A DNA stretch of 64,000 nucleotides from an uncultured Bacteroidales bacterium (GCA_900315245.1 OMYJ01000015.1:41442-105441), one strand, 5' to 3'; positions 19,938-32,588 are shown, counted from the stretch's first letter. The notes: generated by a model not told the origin, from the sequence alone. Numbers and translations: made by a program.

Positions 19938-21026
19938 ATGAATTTAAACGACAACTTAAAAAAACAATACACAAACGACAAGATGAGTGCAGTTGAGGCG
20001 CAGCGGCTCGCTCAGATTTACGCTTTCGGGCCGATGACGTTCCAGACAGCCAGACTGATGGTGAAATGGGGCATTTTCGAGATGCTGGAGACGCCCATGA
20101 CCCCAGAAGAAGTCGCCGAGAAGGCAGGCATCTCCCTCTATGCCGCGAACTGTCTCTTGGAATCGTCATTGACGATGAACACTGTGATTGTCGATCCCGA
20201 GACAGGCCGTTATTCGCTGGCCAAGACCGGTTGGTTCCTGCTCCACGATGAATCTACCCGCGTGAATTTGGACTTCAACCACGATGTCAACTACCAAGGA
20301 ATGTTTTATCTGGAAGAGGCTCTTCGTGAGGGAAAACCTGCCGGATTGAAATGTCTGGGCGACTGGCCGACGGTGTATGAGGGACTTTCCACGCTTCCCG
20401 AGCAGGCGCAGAAGAGCTGGTTCGCTTTTGACCATTTTTACAGCGATGGCTCTTTCGAACAGGCGTTGCAACTGGTGTTTTCCCGTCCGACAAAGCATCT
20501 GATGGATGTGGGAGGCAACACTGGCCGTTGGGCGATGCAGTGTGTGCGCTACAATCCTGATGTGGAGGTCACCATCGTGGATCTGCCGCAGCAGATAGAG
20601 ATGATGCGTGAGCAGACAGCCGGACAATCTGGTGCCGACCGGATTTTTGGGTATGCCGCTAATATGCTGGACGACAACTGCAAACTTCCATCTGAACCCG
20701 CTTTCGACGCCATTTGGATGAGCCAGTTCCTCGACTGTTTCAGCGAACCGCAGATCTTGAGCATTTTGCGTCGCGCCGCTTCCGTGATGACTGCTGGCAC
20801 GCGTCTATACATTATGGAGACCTTATGGGATCGTCAGCGTTTCGACACTGCGGCCTTGTGTCTCGCCCAAACCAGCCTCTACTTTACGGCTATCGCTAAT
20901 GGTAACAGCAAGATGTATCATTCCGACGATCTTGTCCGCCTTGTCCGCGAGGCCGGTTTGGAGGTGGAAGCTATTCACGATTTCCTCGGATTGGGCCATT
21001 CTGTTTTGGAATGCATCATTCGATAG
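19938..21026 (+). CDS. Class I SAM-dependent O-methyltransferase with N-terminal dimerisation domain
   Basis: LMDVGGNTG, VDLP and AIWMSQFLDCF; typical of aryl polyene/flexirubin clusters. Confidence 0.8.
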   Translation: MNLNDNLKKQYTNDKMSAVEAQRLAQIYAFGPMTFQTARLMVKWGIFEMLETPMTPEEVAEKAGISLYAANCLLESSLTMNTVIVDPETGRYSLAKTGWFLLHDESTRVNLDFNHDVNYQGMFYLEEALREGKPAGLKCLGDWPTVYEGLSTLPEQAQKSWFAFDHFYSDGSFEQALQLVFSRPTKHLMDVGGNTGRWAMQCVRYNPDVEVTIVDLPQQIEMMREQTAGQSGADRIFGYAANMLDDNCKLPSEPAFDAIWMSQFLDCFSEPQILSILRRAASVMTAGTRLYIMETLWDRQRFDTAALCLAQTSLYFTAIANGNSKMYHSDDLVRLVREAGLEVEAIHDFLGLGHSVLECIIR

Positions 21027-21132
21027 AAAAGGAATTTTTTGTATCTTTGCCAACTTGTTATAACCTCTTAAGTCTAATATCTTCTGACCTCATATCTCAC
21101 TAACCCATAACCCATAACCTATAACCATTATA

Positions 21133-22188
21133 ATGGAAAAACGTTTTTGGAACGAATATCAGAAAGAAATTGCCGACGATCACTTCTTCTATGAAAGAAG
21201 TTGCATCCGGCAGACCTTCTTCCCTGGCTCGGAGGCGACCTTCCTGAACATCATGCGCAATGATTTGGGGAAGGACATTTATGACTCCTCCCACCAGCAT
21301 ACTTGTACGGGAATTGGTTACCACTCCGATGTGGTGCCGTTTGAAACGACCATGACCATCGTGGCGCGGCTTTTCTCGTTGATGACCGAACGTGGATACA
21401 AGAACTATGTTCCCTCGTGTGTCACCTCTTTCGGTGTGATGACCGAATTGATGGAGAAATGGAAGGAGCAACCCGAAATCTTGGAGAAAGCCCGCGAGTA
21501 TCTCAAAAAAGCTACTGGTCGGACGTTCGAGCTTCCCGAGAACATTGTGCATCCGTCGGATTTGATCTTCAAGTTCCGTTTCGAGTTGAAGGAGAAGATG
21601 AAGTACCAGTTGATTAACCGTTTTACGGGCAAGCCGTTGCGCGGGGTGGAACACATCGGTTGCCACTACGCCAAGATATTCCCGAAACACGGCATCGGCA
21701 ATGCGGAATTCCCCTACGTGCTGGCTGGTATGATCGAGGCTTGGGGTGGCGAGGTGGTAGATTACCCTGAACGCCGTCACTGCTGCGGTTTCGGCTTCCG
21801 CCAGTATCTTGTGCAGGAAAACCGCGGCTACTCTATTGCCAACTCCAAGAAGAAATTCGAGTCGATGGAGCCCTACGAGCCCGATTTCATCGTGGCCAAC
21901 TGTCCCGGTTGCGCCATGTTCCTTGACAAATGGCAATACACCATCGCCGAGATGGAGCATAAAACATACGACAAAGAGGGCTATGGCATCCCGGTGCTCA
22001 CCTACGAGGAATTGGCCGGACTGCTTTTGGGCTACGATCCATGGGTGATGGGCATGCAGCTCCATCAGGTGCAGTGCGAACGCCTCCTCGATAAAATCGG
22101 TGTCGCCTACAACCCCGACGACAAATACCGCGGCGCCTCCGGCAAAATTCTCCGCGCTCCCGAGAAACCCGAGGTTCTGAAAGTTTAG
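21133..22188 (+). CDS. Heterodisulfide reductase subunit B-like (CCG domain) protein
   Basis: HTCTG, VEHIGCH, HCCGFG and ANCPGC. Confidence 0.75.
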   Translation: MEKRFWNEYQKEIADDHFFYERSCIRQTFFPGSEATFLNIMRNDLGKDIYDSSHQHTCTGIGYHSDVVPFETTMTIVARLFSLMTERGYKNYVPSCVTSFGVMTELMEKWKEQPEILEKAREYLKKATGRTFELPENIVHPSDLIFKFRFELKEKMKYQLINRFTGKPLRGVEHIGCHYAKIFPKHGIGNAEFPYVLAGMIEAWGGEVVDYPERRHCCGFGFRQYLVQENRGYSIANSKKKFESMEPYEPDFIVANCPGCAMFLDKWQYTIAEMEHKTYDKEGYGIPVLTYEELAGLLLGYDPWVMGMQLHQVQCERLLDKIGVAYNPDDKYRGASGKILRAPEKPEVLKV

Positions 22189-22281
22189 AATTAAGAGTTA
22201 AAAGTTAAGAGTTAAGTTCGCGTTAGAGATATAACTATTAACTAGTATCTATTAATTCTTAACTGATTGATATACTGAAAA

Positions 22282-23307
22282 ATGAATCATATTATGAATA
22301 TAGCTGTAATAGGCGCCGGCCCGGCCGGTATTGAAGCCGCCTCCGTGCTGGCGAATAATCATCAAGTGACCCTCTTCGAGAAAGAGGAAAAACCGTTGTG
22401 CAACATCCGTGACAAGGCCTTCCTGTTCCCGGATTTCAGCTCTGCGGACGAACTGGCCGACAAACTGGAAGCCAAGCTCTCGCACGAGAACATCACTCTC
22501 AAGGCAAACTGCGCCGTGACTGCCATGAACCGCACCGGCGAACAGTGGACGCTGACCACCGCCGACGGAGAGACAGCGACTTTCGACAAAGTGCTGTTGG
22601 CCACAGGCTACAGAGTCTTCGATGCGCATCAGAAAGAGGAACTCGGCTACGGCATTTACAAAGGTGTGATCACTTCCATTGAGATGGAGAAAATGATCAA
22701 GGAAAACCAGATCCGCAACAATATGGACGAGGTGCCGAAGCAGATTGTCTTCCTGCAGTGCGTGGGCTCCCGCGATGAAAAGTCGGGCAACAATTACTGC
22801 TCGAAAGTCTGTTGCGTGACTGCTGTGAAGCAGGCTATCGAGATCAAGAAACAGCATCCCGAGACGGATGTCTATATCTTTTACATGGACTTGCGCATGT
22901 GGGGACAGGGCTTTGAGGAGATGTACCGCGAGGCACAGGAGAAATACGGCGTGAATTTCGTGCGCGGCAGGATTTCCGAGGCAGCCTCCACTTTCGACAA
23001 CCGCGTGCAGATCAAGGCCGAGGACACCCTCATGGGCAACCCGATGACGATGAATGCCGATCTTCTGGTTCTGATGGTGGGCATGTGCGCTTCCGAAGGT
23101 ACCGCCACGCTGTCCAAATGCGCCGGCATCGACGGCCTCTACCGTTTCGCTCAGAGCCGTTCGCCGCACATCGAAGACAACCTCACTTCCCAACCTGGAT
23201 TGTATGTCGCCGGTTCCTGCAAACGCCCGATGTGCATTGAAGACACGATTCAAGACGCGAGAGCGGCAGCCTTGGCGATTCTTGACGATGATACGATGAT
23301 GCGATGA
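22282..23307 (+). CDS. Heterodisulfide reductase subunit A-like FAD/FeS protein (short form)
   Basis: VIGAGPAG; LQCVGSRD...YCSKVCC; FYMDLR; VAGSCKRP. Confidence 0.8.
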   Translation: MNHIMNIAVIGAGPAGIEAASVLANNHQVTLFEKEEKPLCNIRDKAFLFPDFSSADELADKLEAKLSHENITLKANCAVTAMNRTGEQWTLTTADGETATFDKVLLATGYRVFDAHQKEELGYGIYKGVITSIEMEKMIKENQIRNNMDEVPKQIVFLQCVGSRDEKSGNNYCSKVCCVTAVKQAIEIKKQHPETDVYIFYMDLRMWGQGFEEMYREAQEKYGVNFVRGRISEAASTFDNRVQIKAEDTLMGNPMTMNADLLVLMVGMCASEGTATLSKCAGIDGLYRFAQSRSPHIEDNLTSQPGLYVAGSCKRPMCIEDTIQDARAAALAILDDDTMMR

Positions 23308-23363
23308 AACGATGAAGGGCGATGAAAAAGCCAACAGCTAAAAGCTAATAGCTAATAGCCAAA

Positions 23364-24506
23364 ATGAAAATGAATATGAGAAGATTATTAGTAATACTTA
23401 CGTTTATATGTTTATGTGTCGTTAGCAAAGCACAGACAAACTACACCTTCATCTCCCATCACAATGTGGTGAAGGATGCTTACAATTTTTGGGTTTCGGT
23501 ACCGGACACTTACGAAGAACAGAAGGGAGAGATTCCGGTGGTATTGTTTCTGCATGGTGCAAGTCTGTGCGGCAATGACCTGAACCGTGTGCGCAAATAC
23601 GGTTGTTTGGATGCCATTAGCATGGGTCGTGACATCAATGCCATCATCATCGCCCCGCAGAATCCTGGCGGTGCGTGGAACTCCATGAAAGTGCTGAACA
23701 TTCTGAACTGGGTGACGAATCAATATGCGGTGGATACAAACCGTATCTACTTGATAGGCATGAGCTTGGGCGGCTTTGGGACGATTGAGTTCCTGGCAAA
23801 CCACGGTGAAAAGATAGCTGCTTCGATGGAATTATGCGGCGGCACTATTCGTAAAGACCTTTGTAAACTGAATCAGGTGCCGTTATGGATTATCCATGGT
23901 ACTGCCGACAAGGCCGTGCCCGTTTCCCGCGCAACGGAAATCCAAGAGGCCATGAGAAAGTGCGGCAGCACCGACCTTTTGCGGCTCGACAAGTGGGCGG
24001 GAGTCAACCACGGGGCGTTGGCTCGCTTGTTCTATTTGAAAGCAACCTACGACTGGCTGTTTTCACACTCCAAGGCCGACAACCCGCGCCAAGTCAACAA
24101 GGACATAAAGCTGAAGAGCAGCGACATGGCGGATGCTTACAAGGACATCAATCGCGGTTCCAATGTCATTACGGTGCAAAAATACAGCCGTAAGCAGCAG
24201 GACACCAACGATATGCGCCGAACTGACGATGGTGATGACGACGAGGTGGTCTCCAACAAGGATACAGGGCAATCTGACGTGAAATCGGAGGCACCGGCCA
24301 ATAACAAAGCAGTCGAGAAACCAGCCCATCAGCCCCAGCCCGCCACAAAGCCCGCCTCCTCGGCTAAATATCACACCGTCAAACAGGGCGACACACTCTA
24401 CGCTATCGCCAAGAAATACCACACCACGGTCGATAAAATCTGCAAACTCAACAAAATCAAGGAAACCACTATATTGCAAATCGGTCGTAAACTCCGCGTG
24501 AAATGA
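23364..24506 (+). CDS. Secreted alpha/beta hydrolase fused to a C-terminal LysM domain
   Basis: FLHG, GMSLGG and IIHGTAD; low-complexity linker; YHTVKQGDTLYAIAKKY LysM. Confidence 0.8.
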   Translation: MKMNMRRLLVILTFICLCVVSKAQTNYTFISHHNVVKDAYNFWVSVPDTYEEQKGEIPVVLFLHGASLCGNDLNRVRKYGCLDAISMGRDINAIIIAPQNPGGAWNSMKVLNILNWVTNQYAVDTNRIYLIGMSLGGFGTIEFLANHGEKIAASMELCGGTIRKDLCKLNQVPLWIIHGTADKAVPVSRATEIQEAMRKCGSTDLLRLDKWAGVNHGALARLFYLKATYDWLFSHSKADNPRQVNKDIKLKSSDMADAYKDINRGSNVITVQKYSRKQQDTNDMRRTDDGDDDEVVSNKDTGQSDVKSEAPANNKAVEKPAHQPQPATKPASSAKYHTVKQGDTLYAIAKKYHTTVDKICKLNKIKETTILQIGRKLRVK

Positions 24507-24531
24507 CCTTCTAACCATTTAACCTTTATAC

Positions 24532-25755
24532 ATGAACGAAAACATAAACAATGTCAAGCGCCGTTTCGGCATTATTGGATTTGATCCCGCTTTGGATCAC
24601 GTTATAGACGTGGCTATGCAAGTGGCGGTGACTGATTTGTCGGTGTTGGTGACCGGCGAGAGTGGCTCCGGCAAGGAGTCGGTGCCGAAGATCATCCACG
24701 CCTATTCGCCGCGCAAGACAAAAACGTACATTGCGGTGAACTGCGGTGCAATTCCCGAAGGCACTATCGATTCGGAGCTTTTTGGACACGAGAAGGGCGC
24801 TTTCACGGGAGCCGTGGATTCCCGCAAGGGCTACTTCGAAGAAGCCAACGGCGGCACCTTGTTTCTGGATGAGGTCGCTGACCTGCCGCTCTCCACGCAG
24901 GTGCGACTGTTGCGTGTGCTGGAGACGGGCGAGTACATTCGTGTGGGCTCCTCCAAGGTGATGAAGACCGATGTCCGCGTGGTGGCTGCCACCAATGTCA
25001 ACATCGCCGACCGCATCGCCAAGGGCAAGTTCCGTGAGGATCTGTACTACCGTCTCAACTCGGTGCCGATCCGCGTGCCCGCGCTGCGCGAGCGTCCCGG
25101 TGACATCTATCCGCTGTTCGTCAAGTTCGCCGCCGACTTCTCCGACAAGTATCACGTCCCGACCATCTCGCTCACAGAAGATGCTCAATCAATGTTGCGT
25201 GCTTACCGTTGGCCGGGCAATGTCCGCCAGCTCAAGAACGTAACGGAACAGGTGTCTCTCATCGAGAAAGAGCGGCTTATCACGCCCGAAATGTTGAAAC
25301 CTTATCTGACGGGTCCCGTCGGCTCGAATCTGCCGGCTGTGATGCCTTCGGATACGGAGCGACAGGACAATATTCAACGGGAAATTGTTTTTAAGTTCAT
25401 TGCCGAGTTGCAACGCGAAGTGCAGGAACTGAAATCCACGGTGTCGCAGCTAACACAGAATCCCCAGATGTACGTACATGGTTCGCATCCTCACCATGTT
25501 CTTCCCGATAATACGATGCAGGTTGATGGTCAGTATCCCATGGTGACCACCCACGAGCACCATGGCACAGAACCAGAACAGTATGATGACTCTGAAGTCA
25601 TTGAGGAAACTTCGGACTACTCCATGGAAGGCCTTGAAAAACAGGCGATTGTCGCCGCCCTCAAGCGCAACCACGACAACCGTAAGCTTGCCGCTAAAGA
25701 GTTGGGTATCTCGGAACGGACGCTGTATCGGAAAATCAAGGAATACGGAATCTGA
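24532..25755 (+). CDS. Sigma-54-interacting AAA+ transcriptional regulator
   Basis: GESGSGKE, GAFTGA, FLDEV, WPGNVRQL and a C-terminal Fis-type HTH. Confidence 0.9.
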   Translation: MNENINNVKRRFGIIGFDPALDHVIDVAMQVAVTDLSVLVTGESGSGKESVPKIIHAYSPRKTKTYIAVNCGAIPEGTIDSELFGHEKGAFTGAVDSRKGYFEEANGGTLFLDEVADLPLSTQVRLLRVLETGEYIRVGSSKVMKTDVRVVAATNVNIADRIAKGKFREDLYYRLNSVPIRVPALRERPGDIYPLFVKFAADFSDKYHVPTISLTEDAQSMLRAYRWPGNVRQLKNVTEQVSLIEKERLITPEMLKPYLTGPVGSNLPAVMPSDTERQDNIQREIVFKFIAELQREVQELKSTVSQLTQNPQMYVHGSHPHHVLPDNTMQVDGQYPMVTTHEHHGTEPEQYDDSEVIEETSDYSMEGLEKQAIVAALKRNHDNRKLAAKELGISERTLYRKIKEYGI

Positions 25756-25812
25756 ATAATGGTTATAGGTTATAGGTTATTGAAGCTGATGAATCGGAAA
25801 GGCGATGAGACG

Positions 25813-26322
25813 ATGAATAAACGAATTATATATTGTATTGTGATTGCATTTGCGGTGATTTTGTCCAGTTGTCGCATGTCCGTTTCGTTGACGGGTGGCA
25901 CGGTGGATCCGCGGGCTAAGACCGTGGCAATCACGACATTCCCGAACAATGCGTCATTGGTGAATCCGACGTTGAGCCAGAGCTTCACGACGGCGTTGAA
26001 GGACAAAATCCAGGCGCAGACCCCGCTGACGATTGTCAACACTGATGGAGACTATACGATTGAGGGTGAGATTACTAATTATTCTGTGAATCCGGTGGCC
26101 ATTCAAGGCAACGATACACCCGCTATGAACCGCCTGACCATCACGGTGCGGGTGCGTTTCTATAACAAATTCGATGAGAAACAGAATTTTGAACAATCGT
26201 TCTCAAGATATGCGGACTATTACAGTTCCCAGAACCTGAGCAGTGTGGAATCCGGCTTGGTGACGGATATTTCCGATGCCCTTACGGATGACATATTCAA
26301 CAAGGCGTTTGTGAACTGGTGA
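25813..26322 (+). CDS. LptE family lipoprotein
   Basis: Lipobox ILSSC; RLTITVRVRF..FEQSFSRY pattern; conserved position after the sigma54 activator in Bacteroidales. Confidence 0.75.
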   Translation: MNKRIIYCIVIAFAVILSSCRMSVSLTGGTVDPRAKTVAITTFPNNASLVNPTLSQSFTTALKDKIQAQTPLTIVNTDGDYTIEGEITNYSVNPVAIQGNDTPAMNRLTITVRVRFYNKFDEKQNFEQSFSRYADYYSSQNLSSVESGLVTDISDALTDDIFNKAFVNW

Positions 26323-26330
26323 TATATTCT

Positions 26331-28193
26331 TCAGTCTTCATTCTTCATTGAAAACACCTTTATCACCCATGCGTTTTCCAGTTCGTCCAATTTCTTTGGG
26401 TCGATGCCGGAGAAGTCGATGGTAACGGTTCCCTTCTTGTCCTGCTTCCATTTCAACATGTTGTATTTCACTCCTTTGTGTCCTTGAAAATCCACCTCGT
26501 CTTCCGTGCCCAGGAGGATCATTTCCGACTTGGGATTCAGTTTGGGCATGTTTTTGATGACTAATGGCACGAGTTGGCTCGGACGCTCGAACTCGATGAT
26601 GTAGAGGTTGTCGCCCTTGGTGGTGAAGCAGCGGGTGGTTTTCTCCCAGAAGACATTGCCGTCCCAGTCTGCTTTCAAAAGGGACGCTTTTTCTCCGTCT
26701 TTGTAACAGAATAACGATGCGGAAGCTTCCAAATCTTTTTCTTTATAAAAGACTATCACGAGAACACTGTCGCCCTTATGCAACGGACCTTGTGCGAAAT
26801 TCTTTTTTACAGAAAGTTCTTTGCCTATATGGAGCAGTTGGAACGAGGGCTCGCCATTGACACTCAAATACACGGTCATACTGTCATCGGCGGTAGCAAA
26901 AATCGTATAGGTTCCATCTTCCTCCACTTGGAAACTTCCTGTCCACAATATCGAAAAATTGTCAGTGCTCACGCCGCGCATCGGAGCGTTGCGCACCCAA
27001 TCAAAGTTGATGGTTTCCGAGGGCGGCAGTTTCGCTGAGGTTTGCTCGCGCTGGCAAGGAATTTCGTAGGGGCGTGTGCTATAAATCGCTTCGCCGTTGA
27101 TTTTCAGCCAGTTGCCAAGACTTCTTAGTCGTTCTTGCTGGATGAGCGGGATGGTGCCGTCGGCATTGGGACCTACGTTGAGGGTCATGCCGCCACCGTG
27201 CGCCACCAACTCCACGAAATGCTGGATCAACTCCTTGTCGGTCATGTAGTTGTCCAAGTCCTCGTTGCGGTTCAATCCGAAGCTGCGACCGAAACCACGG
27301 CATTCGGCCCAGGGAACCTCTGTGTTGGTGATCCCCGCACTGTACTCAGGGGTCAGGAAGCCGTGTTTCGTGCCGTTGCCCCAGCGGTTGTTCACGATAG
27401 CGTCGGGCCCCACGGTGTTGTAGTACCAACTGATGAGATACGGCGAACGAAGCTGATCCGCCGTGTTGTTCCAGTCACCATCGGAGAAGAGAAGGTCGGG
27501 CTTGTAGCGCTCCACCAACTCCTTGAACTGCGGTACCATGTAGTCATTCACGTAGTCGCCAATGGAGTCATCGGGATCCTCCATCCAGATATGTAGCGGA
27601 TTCGACCATTCGGGTAGCGAGTAGTAGAACCCCATGCGTAGCCCTGCCTCGCGGACGGACTCGTTGAGTTCCTCCACGATGTTGCGCTTGGGACCGCTCA
27701 CCACGCTGTTCCATTCGGGCTGGTATTCGCTGTCCCACAGACAATATCCGTCGTGATGCTTGGTAACCAGCACTACATATTGCGCTCCGGCCTCCTTGAA
27801 CATCTTCGCCCATTCATCAGGGTTCCAAAGTTCTGCATGCCAATACTTTGTGAGCTCCTTGTATTGATCGAAAACCGGTTTTGTGGTGTCAGCGTAGTAG
27901 TTCATGATGCGCATCCGTTCGGGCACCTTCTGCATCAGTCCGCGGTAGAACCACTCGCCGTAGCCCTCTTTCGAGGCGTAAGCGGGCACTGAATAGAGAC
28001 CCCAGTGGATGAAGATGCCGAGCTTTGCGTCCTGAAACCATTGGGGATAGCCGCGCTTGTTGAGGGACTCCCATGTGGGCTGCACGAATTTGCCTGTGAG
28101 GTCTATGATGGTCGGCTCTCCGTCGGATCTGGGACATTGCGCCGTTGCAGACAGCGACAATAGTGTGATGAGCAATATGGTTAATCGTTTCAT
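26331..28193 (-). CDS. GH29 alpha-L-fucosidase with PA14-like domain
   Basis: WFQDAKLGIFIHWG, TKHHDG, LFSDGD and VNNRW; PA14-like DNFSILWTG..GTYTIFATADD segment. Confidence 0.85.
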   Translation of the reverse strand: MKRLTILLITLLSLSATAQCPRSDGEPTIIDLTGKFVQPTWESLNKRGYPQWFQDAKLGIFIHWGLYSVPAYASKEGYGEWFYRGLMQKVPERMRIMNYYADTTKPVFDQYKELTKYWHAELWNPDEWAKMFKEAGAQYVVLVTKHHDGYCLWDSEYQPEWNSVVSGPKRNIVEELNESVREAGLRMGFYYSLPEWSNPLHIWMEDPDDSIGDYVNDYMVPQFKELVERYKPDLLFSDGDWNNTADQLRSPYLISWYYNTVGPDAIVNNRWGNGTKHGFLTPEYSAGITNTEVPWAECRGFGRSFGLNRNEDLDNYMTDKELIQHFVELVAHGGGMTLNVGPNADGTIPLIQQERLRSLGNWLKINGEAIYSTRPYEIPCQREQTSAKLPPSETINFDWVRNAPMRGVSTDNFSILWTGSFQVEEDGTYTIFATADDSMTVYLSVNGEPSFQLLHIGKELSVKKNFAQGPLHKGDSVLVIVFYKEKDLEASASLFCYKDGEKASLLKADWDGNVFWEKTTRCFTTKGDNLYIIEFERPSQLVPLVIKNMPKLNPKSEMILLGTEDEVDFQGHKGVKYNMLKWKQDKKGTVTIDFSGIDPKKLDELENAWVIKVFSMKNED

Positions 28194-28340
28194 TACGAAA
28201 ATTATATTGAAAGTGCGAAAGTACATAATTTTTGTATTCGGAATTTGTTTACTTTTGCCATAATACGTTTAAGATTTTTCTATAACTGTATGATTCAGTC
28301 GGATAGCGTTTTATATAAATTCTTTGAGATAATGATAAAA

Positions 28341-29144
28341 ATGAGAAAACCTGTTTGTCTTTTGATTGCCGCGATGCTGATCTGCGGTGCGGTTGCTGTT
28401 TCTTGCAAAAGCAAGAAAAACGTGGAAATCAAACCCGTGAAGGGTGTGTTGGAAAACCCCATTGGTTCCCTGAAAGCCCCTGAAATCGTGGAAGCCACGA
28501 TAAATCGGCATGTGCTTGACAGCTGCTATGAGAGTATTTTGAAAGATACCGTGTCCAATGTAAGCGTGTGGAGTTTGATTCGCGGTGTTGGCGACCAGTC
28601 CACTGAAGGCTTCGGCCTTGTGGTGGTCAACAAAGGTTATGCGACGGCCTTCCCCGATTTCCGTCATGGAAACAACCCTTCTGCCCGTTATGATTCCGTT
28701 TCGGGCGACCTTTGGCTCACTGGCGGAGTGATGGAGGGTACCGGCGTGCTTGTCGAACGTCCCTGCTTGTTGCGCTTCCGCGAGAAAGGCAATGCCTACC
28801 TCGCTGCGGCCATCGACCCTTACGAAATGCAGCAGGCACTCTGTAAGGAATTGTCGTATTCTGTTGACGGAGAGAATATTACCTTGTATAATGGCGATAA
28901 AGAGTTGGTTACGGTGACAAACACCATAAAGGACATGGGTGACTTTTACGATGATGTTGTGTGGATCGGCGAGCAGCTGACCTACGACGTCAGTGGTGAA
29001 AACATCTACGTACACGTGGTTCCCGGCGTGAACTTCGTGACCGGCAAGGTGCTGCATTACGACGACATGCCCACCATCTCCGCCCTCGTCACCCTCACCG
29101 ACGGCGGCGGCTTCACGCTGTCAGATGTGAAAGTTGAAAATTGA
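28341..29144 (+). CDS. Hypothetical lipoprotein
   Basis: Lipobox (VAVSC); open frame with coding-like composition; no family recognised. Confidence 0.6.
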   Translation: MRKPVCLLIAAMLICGAVAVSCKSKKNVEIKPVKGVLENPIGSLKAPEIVEATINRHVLDSCYESILKDTVSNVSVWSLIRGVGDQSTEGFGLVVVNKGYATAFPDFRHGNNPSARYDSVSGDLWLTGGVMEGTGVLVERPCLLRFREKGNAYLAAAIDPYEMQQALCKELSYSVDGENITLYNGDKELVTVTNTIKDMGDFYDDVVWIGEQLTYDVSGENIYVHVVPGVNFVTGKVLHYDDMPTISALVTLTDGGGFTLSDVKVEN

Positions 29145-29203
29145 GACGTAAGACTTAAGACTTAAGACTTGAGACTTGAGACTTAAGACTTGAGACTTGA
29201 AAC
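29141..29203. repeat. Heptamer repeat TT(A/G)AGAC x9
   Basis: Read directly; begins at the TGA stop and is followed by CATCGTTT-type octamer repeats (about 29241-29296). Confidence 0.9.
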
Positions 29204-29281
29204 TAAACCGGGTATCGGCAACATGTCGGTACCCGTTTTTCATCGTTTCATCGTTTCATCGTTTTTCATCGCCTCATCGTA

Positions 29282-31360
<2,079 letters not shown>

Positions 31361-31439
31361 TCAACCGACTTACATCTTGTTTTTGGGCTTTGACCCCAGC
31401 CGCGGTCTGACGGCAACCCCAAAGCCCCCCTTCTATCGG

Positions 31440-31580
31440 GCTTTTGTCCCTGTTGGGACATTGCGATGCATGTTACTGGTAGGGGACATCGGTACGATTC
31501 CCGAATAGCCTCGGTAGGGGCGACCGCTCGGTAGAAACGGATGTCCCTGCGGATTCCCTCGTCCCGATAGGGACGGCACA
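31440..31580. repeat. Composite REP-like element
   Basis: TGTCCC-tgtt-GGGACA, CGTCCC-gata-GGGACG and CTCGGTAG motifs also seen near 18516 and in the 43-53 kb modules. Confidence 0.5.
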
Positions 31581-31665
31581 GAAAAAACATGCAAATCAAA
31601 AAAAACGGTGGACAAGGAGGATTACAGGCTTGCGGTGTAATGAGGGCGGAATAGGATTGATGTTC

Positions 31666-32223
31666 TTACCCCTTCATCGCCAAAAAGGCAGTGGCGTCCT
31701 CCAACAGTTCCTTGTCAGTGAAATATTCCATCTTTGACAATTCTTCCATGTTGTTTTTAATCAGCATACACGCTGTATTATACAAGTCTTTGTGTTGTTC
31801 CCAGAAATCCGCATTTATTTGTAAAACGCTATTAAGCAGGTCTCCGTCGTAAAAATCGCCTGAAACCTTGATGTCGTGCTGAAGTATTTCAAACACTTTT
31901 GGCAGGATGATGTCCAATCCGGTCTTTTGTCCAACTAAATATCGGTAATCTTCCACCGTCCACCGTCGGGCTTGCGTGTGGTACAGGTAATACATGTGCT
32001 GGACGACGGAAGAATCGTCGTAAGGGATTTCGTCTCGCCACTCCTCCTGAAGCAGGTCGGAAAGCGTTTGGGAGAAAAAGTTGCGGTCTTCTTTCAGAAT
32101 GTGCTGAACGTATTCGATGTCGGCATCGGTCACCTCGGAACGTCCAATAGGGACAGGAGATTTGGTTCGCTCGGCGTGAATCTCTTCCGTGACGTATCGA
32201 GGTGTCTTCTTTAGCTTTTTCAT
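31666..32223 (-). CDS. CdiI-like (contact-dependent inhibition immunity) protein with N-terminal extension
   Basis: WTVEDYRYLVGQKTGLDIILP...GDFYDGDLLNSVL....FW matches the recalled CdiI_3 consensus (lt.edlRllIgQ.igl...P..GdfY.GDLL). Confidence 0.65.
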   Translation of the reverse strand: MKKLKKTPRYVTEEIHAERTKSPVPIGRSEVTDADIEYVQHILKEDRNFFSQTLSDLLQEEWRDEIPYDDSSVVQHMYYLYHTQARRWTVEDYRYLVGQKTGLDIILPKVFEILQHDIKVSGDFYDGDLLNSVLQINADFWEQHKDLYNTACMLIKNNMEELSKMEYFTDKELLEDATAFLAMKG

Positions 32224-32307
32224 ATTTTGGATTGCAATTTACTCTTTTTCTATGCACAAAATATTAAAAGTTTGTGGCTGGTCAAAGCAATTATGAGCAT
32301 TTTTTTT

Positions 32308-32586
32308 CTATTTCCCAAACAAATCAGCATGAGTGCCCGTGTCTAATAGGTATAGTACGCAGGTGTCGTCAATAATTTGGTATATCAACAACCAGTCGGA
32401 CTGTATGTGGCATTCCCGAAATCCTTTCAGATCGCCCGTAAGGCCATGATCTTTGTGTTTTTTGTCAAGTTTCTTTCCTTCTGCTAATGTTTTTACCACA
32501 TTGTTCAGGATTTTTACGTCCAATCCTCGTTTTACTGCCAGTTTGTAGGATTTTTTATATCTGTTAGAGTATTCAATGCTATACAT
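32308..32586 (-). CDS. yafQ: YafQ-family (RelE superfamily) mRNA interferase toxin
   Basis: YKKSYK...DHGLTG...FRECHIQSDWLLIY...GTHADLF. Confidence 0.85.
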   Translation of the reverse strand: MYSIEYSNRYKKSYKLAVKRGLDVKILNNVVKTLAEGKKLDKKHKDHGLTGDLKGFRECHIQSDWLLIYQIIDDTCVLYLLDTGTHADLFGK

Positions 32587-32588
32587 GG

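Noticed and set aside
24532-26322. Sigma54 activator without a receiver domain beside LptE as a novelty
   Set aside because: This pairing is a conserved housekeeping arrangement in Bacteroidales.
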